Positions 40,001-47,598 of a stretch of 64,000 nt of DNA are shown in pieces (position 1 is the first letter of the stretch; each line of letters begins with the position of its first letter). Source of the DNA: Polyangiaceae bacterium (GTDB taxonomy: Bacteria > Myxococcota_A > Polyangia > Polyangiales > Polyangiaceae); contig CBDCTZ010000009.1 in assembly GCA_965222375.1 (NCBI GenBank), positions 96,001 to 160,000 on the forward strand, given 5' to 3'. The translations under genes and the position numbers were made by a program. The notes below the pieces were generated by a model. The model ran no database searches, was not told the DNA's origin, and saw only the letters and a list, made by a program, of their open reading frames with translations.

Positions 40001-40785
40001 TTGTTCGCTTGGGCGGTGGAGTCCTTGGCTTCTCCGGTGCCGTGCCCGTAGCGCGTGTCATCGTAGGGATCGTTGTCGTTCTTCATGAAGTCCCAGCCGG
40101 ATATGTCGTCGACGTAGCCATTGGCGTCGTCGTCGGTTCCGTCTGAGAAATTCAAGATAAGATCGCCTGCGTCGAGCACTCCATTGCGGTTCTTGTCCCC
40201 CTTGGGGCGCCCGGCCACGGCCTCCGGCGTGAGGCCTGGGTGGTCGGCGTAGTCTGCGACGCTCAAGACGCCGTCGCTGTTGCAGTCGAATCGGTCTGCG
40301 GTTGGCTGGTTCGGGTCCAGCGGATCGCAGGGGCTCGAGTCCCCATGCAACGGCAGGTGGTTCTGCAGCTCCGCCTTGTTCAGGAATGCCTTCTCGATCA
40401 AGTCGCGCTCATCCCAACGAATGCCGGAGTCGAGCACCGCGATGACCACGCGCGGATCACCAATCGTGTGCCGCCACGCCAGGTCCACGCTCATGCCTGA
40501 CGCGGTTTCCCCGCTCCGGAGCGCTGGTGCGTTGGGCGAGCGATCCGGAATGAAGGAGTAGAACTGCCACTGCCCAGACTTGCTCGCCTTGGTGGTGCTG
40601 GCAGCGACAAATCCGTAGTCGGGATCGTTGGGCCAGTTGTCTGGCTTCTTCATGTCCTCCGGGGTGGCGTCCTTGGGCGGCGGCCAGGCTGCCATCGTCT
40701 CGGAGCGAGCGAGCGCGATGGTGCAAAGGGCTCCCAGCACCGCCCAGGCAGCGCGAAGCCGAGTCTTGGTGCGCGTAAGGTTCAT
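37018..40785 (-). CDS. S8 subtilase-like protein with FG-GAP/VCBS repeats and MYXO-CTERM sorting signal
   Basis: Signal peptide; IAVLDSG, GHGTG, SGTACSSEA; repeated ADxDGDGxxDIVV; C-terminal GGCGCR..TM..RRRRRR. Confidence 0.85.
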   Translation of the reverse strand: MNLTRTKTRLRAAWAVLGALCTIALARSETMAAWPPPKDATPEDMKKPDNWPNDPDYGFVAASTTKASKSGQWQFYSFIPDRSPNAPALRSGETASGMSVDLAWRHTIGDPRVVIAVLDSGIRWDERDLIEKAFLNKAELQNHLPLHGDSSPCDPLDPNQPTADRFDCNSDGVLSVADYADHPGLTPEAVAGRPKGDKNRNGVLDAGDLILNFSDGTDDDANGYVDDISGWDFMKNDNDPYDDTRYGHGTGEAKDSTAQANNGIGEAGGCPNCRFVPMRVGDSFIANVQDYAKAVIYAADNGAQVVQEALGTINMTPFAQAAMDYAWAKGTVIVASMADENSKHQNQPAPNNHTMPVHAITMLGVEESTWAESFLAFNTCTNYGAQNFLSASGTACSSEAVGRLSGIAGLAYSMGLQANLDPPLSAGEVMQLFLMTADDVDVPESRQVGSKHVWSQPGFDQRFGYGRVNANTAVEWIAEGRIPPDVDVTSPLWFQVLYKDQLTQPVPIVGTVSARRATSYDVIVEWAPGVQPPDSAFQMLKKMENIPGSTVLGADGSPLAELDVREIDPTHEWDTDSPFGENQYTITVRVRSIAHYGGSIGDVPGELRRAYYVHSDPDLLPGFPVQLVSSGESSPKLADIDGDGKRDIVVGTSDGKLHVYSMASGSPEPVAGFPFKVKMIDGLDDDMPLYRDAPAYKSGEVDMDLARESISAAPAIADLDDDGKPEIVVTTYEGTIYIIDSDGAVKSGWPKRLPDVPSCPLDQDKTPDKDCMNTQFRIARGAFASPVIEDMDNDGKLDIVQAAFDGKIYVFESDGTDLAGFPVRVHYEAGGADQEYGRIMTTPAVADFNGDGVPDLLVGSNERIGKGGGTGAFYIVDGKGSGAASLYLPGWPITWTSFELFPLVAEGVPNSPVAGDIDGDGVPEAVMHGNGSAPLITPREPEQSGFAALPANALPTRMVEGEIERGLSTGNFGAGTTAERPDVMFPLFSQPSLGDMDQDGLPDMVTTGSSQTAAGALLSTQPLDRRAQHLIGMWSGKDGLMMPASPVPLEDYTFFNNTSIADLTGDGYPEAIVGSGGYMLHAADACGREPTGWPKFTGQWIVATAAVGDVDGDSALDVVVNTRNGWLYAWRTEGSPDGVIAWESFHHDNRNTGNLATKLDQGKYLGADKPLEIDAEGLCVVPGVTEDPKQTPLAPSGGCGCRTVRSGPSSRAWLALPLLAFGLALRRRRRRQWGGAHLRVASRSPLGLIGTEGRT

Positions 40786-40848
40786 TGAAGGGCTCCTCCT
40801 GGAGCGAACTCAAGCCGAAGTGTAGGACGTGTGGCGGCGCGCGCCACG

Positions 40849-41457
40849 TCAGTTGTCGCCGAAAAGGTCCTGAATCTTGGTCTCTAGGGCTACGGCAATC
40901 TTGTACAAGCTGGAGATGGAGGGGCTCGACTCAGCGCGTTCGATTTGGGAAAGTAGCGAGATACTCAGGCTGGTGCGTCGGCTCATTTGTTTCAAGGTTA
41001 GCTCCTTACTCTTGCGCATCCCCCGAATCGTGTCGCCGATGATCTTGTGCAGCTGCTCCTCAGGCGTGCGTGCCAGCCCTTTCTTCTTCATCACTCGTGC
41101 GATGACGTCGCGGAATTCGTCCACGTTGAAGGGCTTCTTGATGTAGTCGACCGCATCCAGCTTCATAGACGCGACGGCGGTGTCCAAGTTCGGATGAGCG
41201 GTGAAGATGATCACGGCAAGATCGTTGTCGAAGGTGCGTATGCGTTTCAGAACCTCGATTCCATCGAGCTTCGGCATCATCAGGTCAAGGATGACCACGT
41301 GAAAACTGCCGCGCTTGACTTCGTCTTCGACAACGGTTGGGTCGCTCTGCGTCGTGACGTCGAAGCCGTCTTTCTCGAGCAGAGTCTGCATGTACTCGCA
41401 AATGGCCTTATCGTCGTCGACGATTAGAATCCTTACGGCGGGTACTTCTATAGCCAC
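40849..41457 (-). CDS. Response regulator, receiver domain plus C-terminal XRE HTH
   Basis: ILIVDDD, LDLMMP, YIKKPF; LTLKQMSRRTSLSISLLSQIER; GTG start after AAGGAG. Confidence 0.9.
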   Translation of the reverse strand: MAIEVPAVRILIVDDDKAICEYMQTLLEKDGFDVTTQSDPTVVEDEVKRGSFHVVILDLMMPKLDGIEVLKRIRTFDNDLAVIIFTAHPNLDTAVASMKLDAVDYIKKPFNVDEFRDVIARVMKKKGLARTPEEQLHKIIGDTIRGMRKSKELTLKQMSRRTSLSISLLSQIERAESSPSISSLYKIAVALETKIQDLFGDN

Positions 41458-41720
41458 GCTGACTCCTTGTGCAGGGGTTTGTCGCTCCCCGATTTTAGTG
41501 ACACTACAATAGCGCAGCGTGGCGCTCCAACGCGACCCCGTTCCGACATCATTGGAACGAAGACACGCACACTGTCCTACCTTGGATCTATCGCCAACAT
41601 GCCTGGATTTCCGCGGGGCCGTGCGGCCGGGCGCGTGCAGCCCTCGGCGCACGCCAGCCGAGGCTCGCCGTTACTCGCCTCACGCGGCCGGCCGGAGGCG
41701 CGATGCTAGCCTCAATAATC

Positions 41721-42305
41721 ATGGCGGCCTGCTACTCGGAACGAGTCGATGACGCTCTCAGCCTGGCGTGTGACGCATTCCGAGGCATTCGCCGCAAAGG
41801 GTCTGGAGTGCCGTATCTGTCGCATTTGCTCGCCGTGGCCGCCTTGGTCGCCGAGCACGGTGGCGACGAAGATCAGATCATTGCCGCCCTGCTCCACGAC
41901 ACCCTAGAGGACATTCGCGACATTCGAGCTTCAGATCTCGAAGCCCGCTTCGGACTACGGGTCAGCGGGTTCGTAGTCGCGCTCAGTGACACCACGGTCT
42001 ACCCCAAGCCACCTTGGTTGCAGCGCAAGCAGGACTACTTGGCCAAACTCCGCAGTGAGTCTCCGGAACTGAAACTGATCAGCAGCGCCGACAAGCTACA
42101 CAACGCGAGCAGTATCTTGCGGGACTTCGGTCTGGTCGGCGAGGACATCTGGGATCGCTTCACCGCGACCCGCGAACAGACGCTCTGGTACTACCGCGAA
42201 GTTCTAGCTGCCTTGAGCGACGGTTACTCGCACCCAATCGTGGGTGAACTCCGCCATGTGGTGCTGCAACTCCACCAGGCTGCCGGCGAGCCGATGGACC
42301 CGTGA
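41721..42305 (+). CDS. Stand-alone HD-domain protein (RelA/SpoT hydrolase-like, small alarmone hydrolase type)
   Basis: RKGSGVPYLSHL, AALLHDTLED, ADKLHNA. Confidence 0.85.
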   Translation: MAACYSERVDDALSLACDAFRGIRRKGSGVPYLSHLLAVAALVAEHGGDEDQIIAALLHDTLEDIRDIRASDLEARFGLRVSGFVVALSDTTVYPKPPWLQRKQDYLAKLRSESPELKLISSADKLHNASSILRDFGLVGEDIWDRFTATREQTLWYYREVLAALSDGYSHPIVGELRHVVLQLHQAAGEPMDP

Positions 42306-42887
42306 GGTCTCGCTACAGTTCCGCTGGTTATTTTGGGGATGTGCCGGCCCTTGCCGTCATCGACAGTTCATCGCGGTGCGGGAAGGGGCGTCCCGAGGCA
42401 ATCGGCCGGACCCGTCTTGGCGTCTTGGCGCAGGTCGATGGGGGCTTGGCGTTGGCCGGAAACTGGATTTCCTCGCAGCAAACGCACCGCGCCCCCGCAG
42501 GACGGGAAGCTGAGAGAGAACTGCGGAGCTTGCAACAAAATGCAGACACAAACGTCCCAGGGTTGGGGGGCAACTTGGTCGACCCACTGCAGATTCAGTT
42601 GCTCGGTTTTTGTACGGAGGCCCACCCCGGGTGGGACAACTTGTCGGGCGAGCGCGATGCTGAGTTGCGAAAAAACGCGCCGTCGACTGGTGAGGGCTCT
42701 GGTGCGGGCGGGCCTTGGAGGGCCCGCCACATCCGCACCTCCGCCGGGACGCCGGCGCCGTGCGTATCAGTGAAAAAGCGCGGAGCGCGAGCGGCGCGAG
42801 CGCTGGTTGGGCGCAGTCATCAGTGCACCCTAAGGCGCGGCGTGAGCCAACGCCTTCAAAAACGCTGCTTAGCCGCTGCTCCCGTCG

Positions 42888-44300
42888 CTACGGCGCGACA
42901 GCTTCTTGCGCAAGAGCGCCGCGAGATTGTGCATGAGCCCCCAACTCAGTTGGCGTTTCGTCGGCGGCAGAGCGCGGTGCGATCTGCTTGACTGGGTGGA
43001 GCAAGACGACGGCCTGTCGCAGCAATGCCTCGACTTCCGGCTCAGTTCCGCGCTGTCGAAGCTTGTCCAGCGCGGAGTTGACCTGCTTGCGTTTGAATCC
43101 GAGGCCAACCAACACTTCTCCCGTTTTCGAATAAGCTTCGCGCTCTCGTTGCTTGCGCCGGATGTGCTCCTCGCCGAACTCGCGCCTCGCCGCGTCTTGG
43201 TTGTGTGGCCCGCAAAGTAGACAGAGATTGTGGACACTGGGCGGGCCACCGCGAGCATGTGGGTCTACGTGTTCCAACGTCACATAGCGCTTCTCACTGC
43301 AGCGCCGTCCGTGCGCGTCGACAAAGGTGCATTGGGACTCGTCACGCTCCCACACCTCTCGAGCCACCGAGACCGGCACGTGTCGTGAGCCTTCCTTGAG
43401 CGGCCGGAGCTTGCGTGGTTTGTCGCTCACAGCGCCCTGTCGGCGCTTGGTCTCCTTCGCGATGAGCTCGTCCAACGCACGCTCGAAAAGCTCTCCCAGG
43501 TTCCCCGGCGCCACGGCGTGGCTGAGCAAGTTCTGGGCGTGTTCGAGTTTCGCCTTGAGGTCCGCGCTAGCCGTGAACTCCACGCGGTAGCTCTGCGCGG
43601 AAAGCGGCTGCACTCGGCCGCGCGCCGCTTGGCGACCTCGGCCGTTTCCGTGAGATTCACTCGTCCCGGGATAGATAGCGCCGCTCGCGATTCCGGTGAG
43701 GTCGAGGCAATCACTCGTCCCAGGAGGATAGGTAGCGTCGCTTGCGGTTCCGGCGCCGTCGAGGCAATCGCTTGTCCCAGGATAGGTGATGCCATCCGTT
43801 TCGGCGGGACCTTCGCTCTTCGCGGGATCAGCAGCGATTGCACCTGTCCCAAGACGAGTTGATTCCGCCTCGAGCGGCGTGATGCTGGCCAGGACATTGG
43901 TCTTGGGGAACCATCGCGCGATCACGACTTCGAGCTCACGCCGGGTCTTGCCGCGAGCCTCGGCCAGCAGTGGCTCCACATTGCCTTCGGTTAGATGACC
44001 CGAGAGCAGGAAGAGCCCGGTCAGGTGAATCGCCCCGCTCTTCAGCTCATCGAGGATCTGCGGCAGCGCCAGGTACAGGCGAGCTACGCGCATTCGCTTC
44101 AAGGCAGCTTGTTCCGAGTAGCCAAGCCGCTCGACGCAGAACGCAAACAGCGAGGCACAGGCCTCCTGGAGGTAGAGTTTTCGACGCTCAACCTCCGCCA
44201 GATACACGATGACCTCCGCGGTCGCTCGCCGCTCTTCCGAGCAGAGCACCGGCAGCCGCGCGAGTAGTTGTTCGTTGCTGAGAGAGAGGAGAGTGACCAT
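42888..44300 (-). CDS. DUF222-like/HNH endonuclease domain protein with RuvA-CTD-like tail
   Basis: N-terminal LAEVERRKLYL..SLFAFCVERLGYSE; VWERD..QC..C..EHVDPHARGG..NLCLLCGPHN (HNH); tail LVGLGFKRKQVNSAL..EALLRQAV. Confidence 0.8.
   Translation of the reverse strand: MVTLLSLSNEQLLARLPVLCSEERRATAEVIVYLAEVERRKLYLQEACASLFAFCVERLGYSEQAALKRMRVARLYLALPQILDELKSGAIHLTGLFLLSGHLTEGNVEPLLAEARGKTRRELEVVIARWFPKTNVLASITPLEAESTRLGTGAIAADPAKSEGPAETDGITYPGTSDCLDGAGTASDATYPPGTSDCLDLTGIASGAIYPGTSESHGNGRGRQAARGRVQPLSAQSYRVEFTASADLKAKLEHAQNLLSHAVAPGNLGELFERALDELIAKETKRRQGAVSDKPRKLRPLKEGSRHVPVSVAREVWERDESQCTFVDAHGRRCSEKRYVTLEHVDPHARGGPPSVHNLCLLCGPHNQDAARREFGEEHIRRKQREREAYSKTGEVLVGLGFKRKQVNSALDKLRQRGTEPEVEALLRQAVVLLHPVKQIAPRSAADETPTELGAHAQSRGALAQEAVAP
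43655..43795 (-). repeat. Degenerate coding tandem repeat (about 18-19 aa, 2.5 copies) in the HNH protein linker
   Basis: TYPGTSDCLDGAGTASDA / TYPPGTSDCLDLTGIASGA / IYPGTSES. Confidence 0.8.
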
Positions 44301-44550
44301 GCTTCCTTCGTAGCACGGGGATATTTGCCTTCACTGCTGGCCCCCAGTGGGCGTTTCGGCGATGCGGCCATCGGCGAAGTCGTTTCAAAGTCAAAACGCC
44401 CTTGGGCCTCAATCTCGCGTGCGCACGGCACGCTTGAGTTGCTCGTCTCGAATTTGAAAACGATGTCACCCAGAAACCCGTCAAGTACAAAGTGCGTCAC
44501 AGGGTCAGATAGTTCTTCGCCATTCTGTCCGCACTTCGCGCTCCCGCACC

Positions 44551-44608
44551 GATAGCGGCGCCGGTTTCCAGCTCGCTCAAGCCCTGGCGAATTGTGATCA
44601 ATCATGAG
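44551..44608 (+). mobile_element. Possible IS4/IS50-group right-end remnant
   Basis: Reads AGFQLAQALANCDQS*; reverse complement of 44593-44608 (CTCATGATTGATCACA) matches the IS50 inside end CTGTCTCTTGATCAGA at 10 of 16 positions. Confidence 0.4.
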
Positions 44609-44653
44609 CCGCCCTGGGACCCTTGTAGTCACTGCGCGCAAACAACCAGCCTC

Positions 44654-44857
44654 CTAACAGCCCACCGTCACGCGCCGCACCCGGCCCGCTGTCACTCGTA
44701 CACCCCGCGTCACGCCTCCAACTCCGAAGCTGACTCCAGGTGCCTTCATCAATGCTTCTGTCAGCCCCTTGACCCGCTCCGTGCGTCGGAGGTTGCCGAG
44801 TTCCGCACCCTCGAATTGTCCGGATATCCGACCGTCAAACCACTCCGTTGCCTTCAT
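44654..44857 (-). pseudogene. N-terminal remnant of an IS4-family (IS50/Tn5-like) transposase
   Basis: MKATEWFDG..QFEGAELGNLRRTERVKGLTEALMKAPGVSF resembles the Tn5 N-terminal DNA-binding domain (F.GA.LGD.RR..RL......P..S); similarity ends after about 44 aa. Confidence 0.65.
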
Positions 44858-44891
44858 CCGAAAGGGTAGGTCACACCCTGTCTGCCCGCAG

Positions 44892-45917
44892 CTACGCGGA
44901 CAATTCGATCTTGCCGGCCTGATCGGTGATTTCGGCCACGACTGCGGCGGGTGGTCCAAGAGCGGCGAGCAGAGCGTCTGCGCCAGGCGCGTCAACGACG
45001 AGCAGTAGGCCGCCACTGGTCTGTGCGTCCGCGAGCACCGTGAGCAGCGCCGCGTCGGTTCGCTCTTTGCCAGACAGGCGCGCATCCACGTAGCTCCGGT
45101 TGCGCTTGGTTCCGCCAGGCACCAGGTCAGCAGCGGCGGCCTCGAGGGCACCTGGCAGCACCGGCACCCGGGACGCAAAGACTTGTGCGCCCAGGGCGTT
45201 TTCTTCGAGGACGTGTGAGAGGTGTCCGAGCAGTCCAAAGCCGGTCACGTCCGTGGCCGTTCGGATCCCGGCAGCTTGCCCGGCTTGGCACGCGGCCTTG
45301 TTACTCGTGAGCATGGACTGGGTGGCTTGCCTCAGGGCGCCCGGCGCTGCCTTGCCGGCCTTGGTGGCGTGAGCGATGAGGCCCGTGCCCAGGGCCTTGG
45401 TCAAAATGACTACTTGCCCCAGCTTGGCGCCTCGGTGGGTCCAGGCCTTGCCGGGTTTGACGCTGCCGATCACGGTCAGGCCCACTTTGGGCTCGGCATC
45501 CCGGACGCTATGGCCACCGACGATGGCGCAACCTGCCTCGGCGCACGCTTCGTGGGCACCCGCCAGCACTCGGGCCACCGTGTCGAGCCCAATGGCGTCG
45601 GGCATACCGACGAAGGACAGGGCGAGTTCTGGGCGGCCTCCCATGGCGTAGACGTCCGACAGCGCGTTGAGGGCGGCGATCTTTCCGAAGTCCGCCGGGT
45701 CGTCGACGATGGGTGTGATCACGTCCACGGTCAGCAGCAGCTCGCGCTCTGCGCCCTCCGGACGCACCACGGCCGCATCATCCATTTGGCCCGCTGCGCT
45801 GAGCCATGGATGTGAGGGGGCAGGCAGGTGTTTCAGGACCTGGACCAGGTCCTCAGCGGGGAGCTTGCGCGCTCAACCACCTCCAACGACGAGCTGGGTC
45901 AGTTTGACTTCGGCCAT
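44892..45917 (-). CDS. selD: Selenide, water dikinase (selenophosphate synthetase), selenocysteine-containing (Sec15, TGA at 45873-45875)
   Basis: ATG 45917 after AGGAGG; MAEVKLTQLVVGGG-TGA-ARKL continues in frame into DDAAV, TVDVITP, NALSDVYAMGG, TDVTGFGLLGHL, DAQTSGGLL. Confidence 0.93.
45835..45853 (-). promoter_or_regulatory. Bacterial SECIS hairpin for selD
   Basis: AGGACCTG-GTC-CAGGTCCT, perfect 8-bp stem starting 19 nt after the UGA, with G at the start of the apical loop. Confidence 0.75.
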
Positions 45918-46054
45918 GTCTGGGTCACCTCCTTTCCGCCCGGAGCTTTCTCCGAGCAGACTGCCGGCGTCAAATCCGTCGCCGCAAGCCACGGTGCAGC
46001 GCGAGATTAGAGCACCAAAGCCGGGCCAGCTCCGCGACCCCCAAACCACCCCAA

Positions 46055-46241
46055 CGTCCCAAACTGTGCCCGCCCGCACGATGGGGTGGGCATTGTGAGC
46101 GCCCATCGGTCACCCGGCCGCCCGGTTGCGCGCAATACCTCGACTCATCCCCGTTCGAGCGCTGCGTTCCAAACTGTGCCCGCCCACACGATGGGGTGGG
46201 CATTGTGAGCGCTCCTCGGTCAGCCGGCTGCCCAGTTGCGC
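46055..46241. repeat. Two 77-bp intergenic direct repeats (46055-46131, 46165-46241), each with an internal hairpin
   Basis: 70/77 identical by manual alignment, period 110 bp; stem TGCCCGCCC/GGGTGGGCA. Confidence 0.9.
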
Positions 46242-46257
46242 TGGTCGAGGGCGAGCT

Positions 46258-47598
46258 TCAGCTTACGGGTTCGAGTTTGGCGCTGAAGTGGCGCAGAGCC
46301 TTCGGGGCTTCGACGATGCGCAAACCCCGGATCTCCTTGGCGCGGGCCGCGACGCGTTCGGCCGTCTCGATGACCCAATCCACGTGGGACGCGGTGTAGA
46401 CGCGGCGGGGGAGGGCGAGGCGGACGAGATCGCCCAGGGCGGCGTCTCCGAACATGAGGCCGCCGATTTCAACGGTACGCACGCCACCTTCGCGGAACAG
46501 TTCCACCGCGAGGGCTTGGGCGGGGAATTGCTCCAGAGGCAAGTGGGGCAGGGACTTGCGGGCGTCGATGAATACGGCATGCCCGCCAAGGGGCTCGACG
46601 ATGGGCAGACCCGCCTGTCCGATCCCCTTGCCCATGTAGGCGATGGTGGCCTGACGGTAGCGTAGGTACTGAGAGTCGAGGGCCTCTTCCAGGCCGATGG
46701 CCATGGCTTCGAGGTCGCGACCGGCCAGTCCGCCATAGGTGGGGAAGCCCTCGGTCAGAATCAGCAGCTCCTCGAAGCGCTGCGCCCAATCCCGCTTGTT
46801 GGTCGCGAGGATCCCACCAATGTTGACGATCCCGTCCTTCTTGGCGCTGATGGTGCAGCCGTCAGCAATCTGGAACATCTGCTGTGCCACTTGTTTTGGC
46901 GTATCTGCGCCGCCGAGCTCCCGTTGACTGATGAGCCAGGCGTTTTCCGCGAAGCGAGCGGCGTCGAGGAATAGCGGAATGCCTGCACGGTCGCAGCGCT
47001 GGCGCACGGCCCTCAAGTTCTCGAGACTCACGGGCAGGCCGCCGGCGGCGTTGTTGGTCAGGGTGACCATCACCAGGGGGACGCGCGCGGAGCCAGCCAA
47101 GACCCGATCGAGGGCGTCGAGATCCATGTTGCCGCCAAAGGTTCCGCCGGGGCTCGGAATATCCAGCGCGACGCCTCCTTGGTGTTCGAGGTTGGCTCGG
47201 GTCGTGTCGAAATGGGTGTTGTTTGGAACGACGTCCCCAGGTTGCAGGATGGACTCGAACAGAATGCGCTCCGCGGCGCGGCCTTGGTGGGTGGGGAAAA
47301 TGTAGCTGTACCCCGTGAGCTCCGAGACCGTGTTGCGGAAGTGCTCGAAGGAGCGGCTGCCGGCGTAGGACTCGTCGCCGGAGAGCATGCCGGCCCATTG
47401 TTGATCGCTCATTGCCCCCGTGCCCGAGTCGGTCAGCAGATCGACGGTGACCTTCGTGGCGGGGATCTTGAACAGATTGTAGTGGGCTTGCTCGAGCAGC
47501 TCCGAGCGCTCTGCTTTGGTGGTCAGTGGAATACGCTCCACCGCCTTGATGCGGAAAGGCTCGATGATGGTGCGAAAGGGGGGCTCTAGGGATGCCAT
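46258..47598 (-). CDS. tnaA: Tryptophanase (PLP beta-eliminating lyase)
   Basis: IEPFRIK, DLLTDSGT, HQGRAAE, SAKKD; has tryptophanase-type residues FDTT, VEIG, LRHF rather than tyrosine phenol-lyase FTTT, ERG, LRFF. Confidence 0.85.
   Translation of the reverse strand: MASLEPPFRTIIEPFRIKAVERIPLTTKAERSELLEQAHYNLFKIPATKVTVDLLTDSGTGAMSDQQWAGMLSGDESYAGSRSFEHFRNTVSELTGYSYIFPTHQGRAAERILFESILQPGDVVPNNTHFDTTRANLEHQGGVALDIPSPGGTFGGNMDLDALDRVLAGSARVPLVMVTLTNNAAGGLPVSLENLRAVRQRCDRAGIPLFLDAARFAENAWLISQRELGGADTPKQVAQQMFQIADGCTISAKKDGIVNIGGILATNKRDWAQRFEELLILTEGFPTYGGLAGRDLEAMAIGLEEALDSQYLRYRQATIAYMGKGIGQAGLPIVEPLGGHAVFIDARKSLPHLPLEQFPAQALAVELFREGGVRTVEIGGLMFGDAALGDLVRLALPRRVYTASHVDWVIETAERVAARAKEIRGLRIVEAPKALRHFSAKLEPVS

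Noticed and set aside
42302..42991. 229-aa ORF or decayed ParE/RelE toxin (EAERELR..VPGLG)
   Set aside because: The resemblance is only a few residues and codon usage is atypical; cannot be supported without a profile search.
42888..44300. IscB/Cas9-like RNA-guided nuclease
   Set aside because: HNH is present, but no RuvC motifs or PLMP N-terminus are visible.
45873..45875. selD as a nonsense-mutated pseudogene
   Set aside because: The TGA is at the catalytic Cys/Sec position, is followed by a SECIS-like hairpin, and the rest of the gene is intact.
46055..46241. CRISPR array
   Set aside because: Only two units, the 77-bp repeat is too long, and there are no cas genes in the window; kept as a direct repeat.
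46258..47598. Tyrosine phenol-lyase
   Set aside because: Diagnostic positions are tryptophanase-type (FDTT, VEIG, LRHF).
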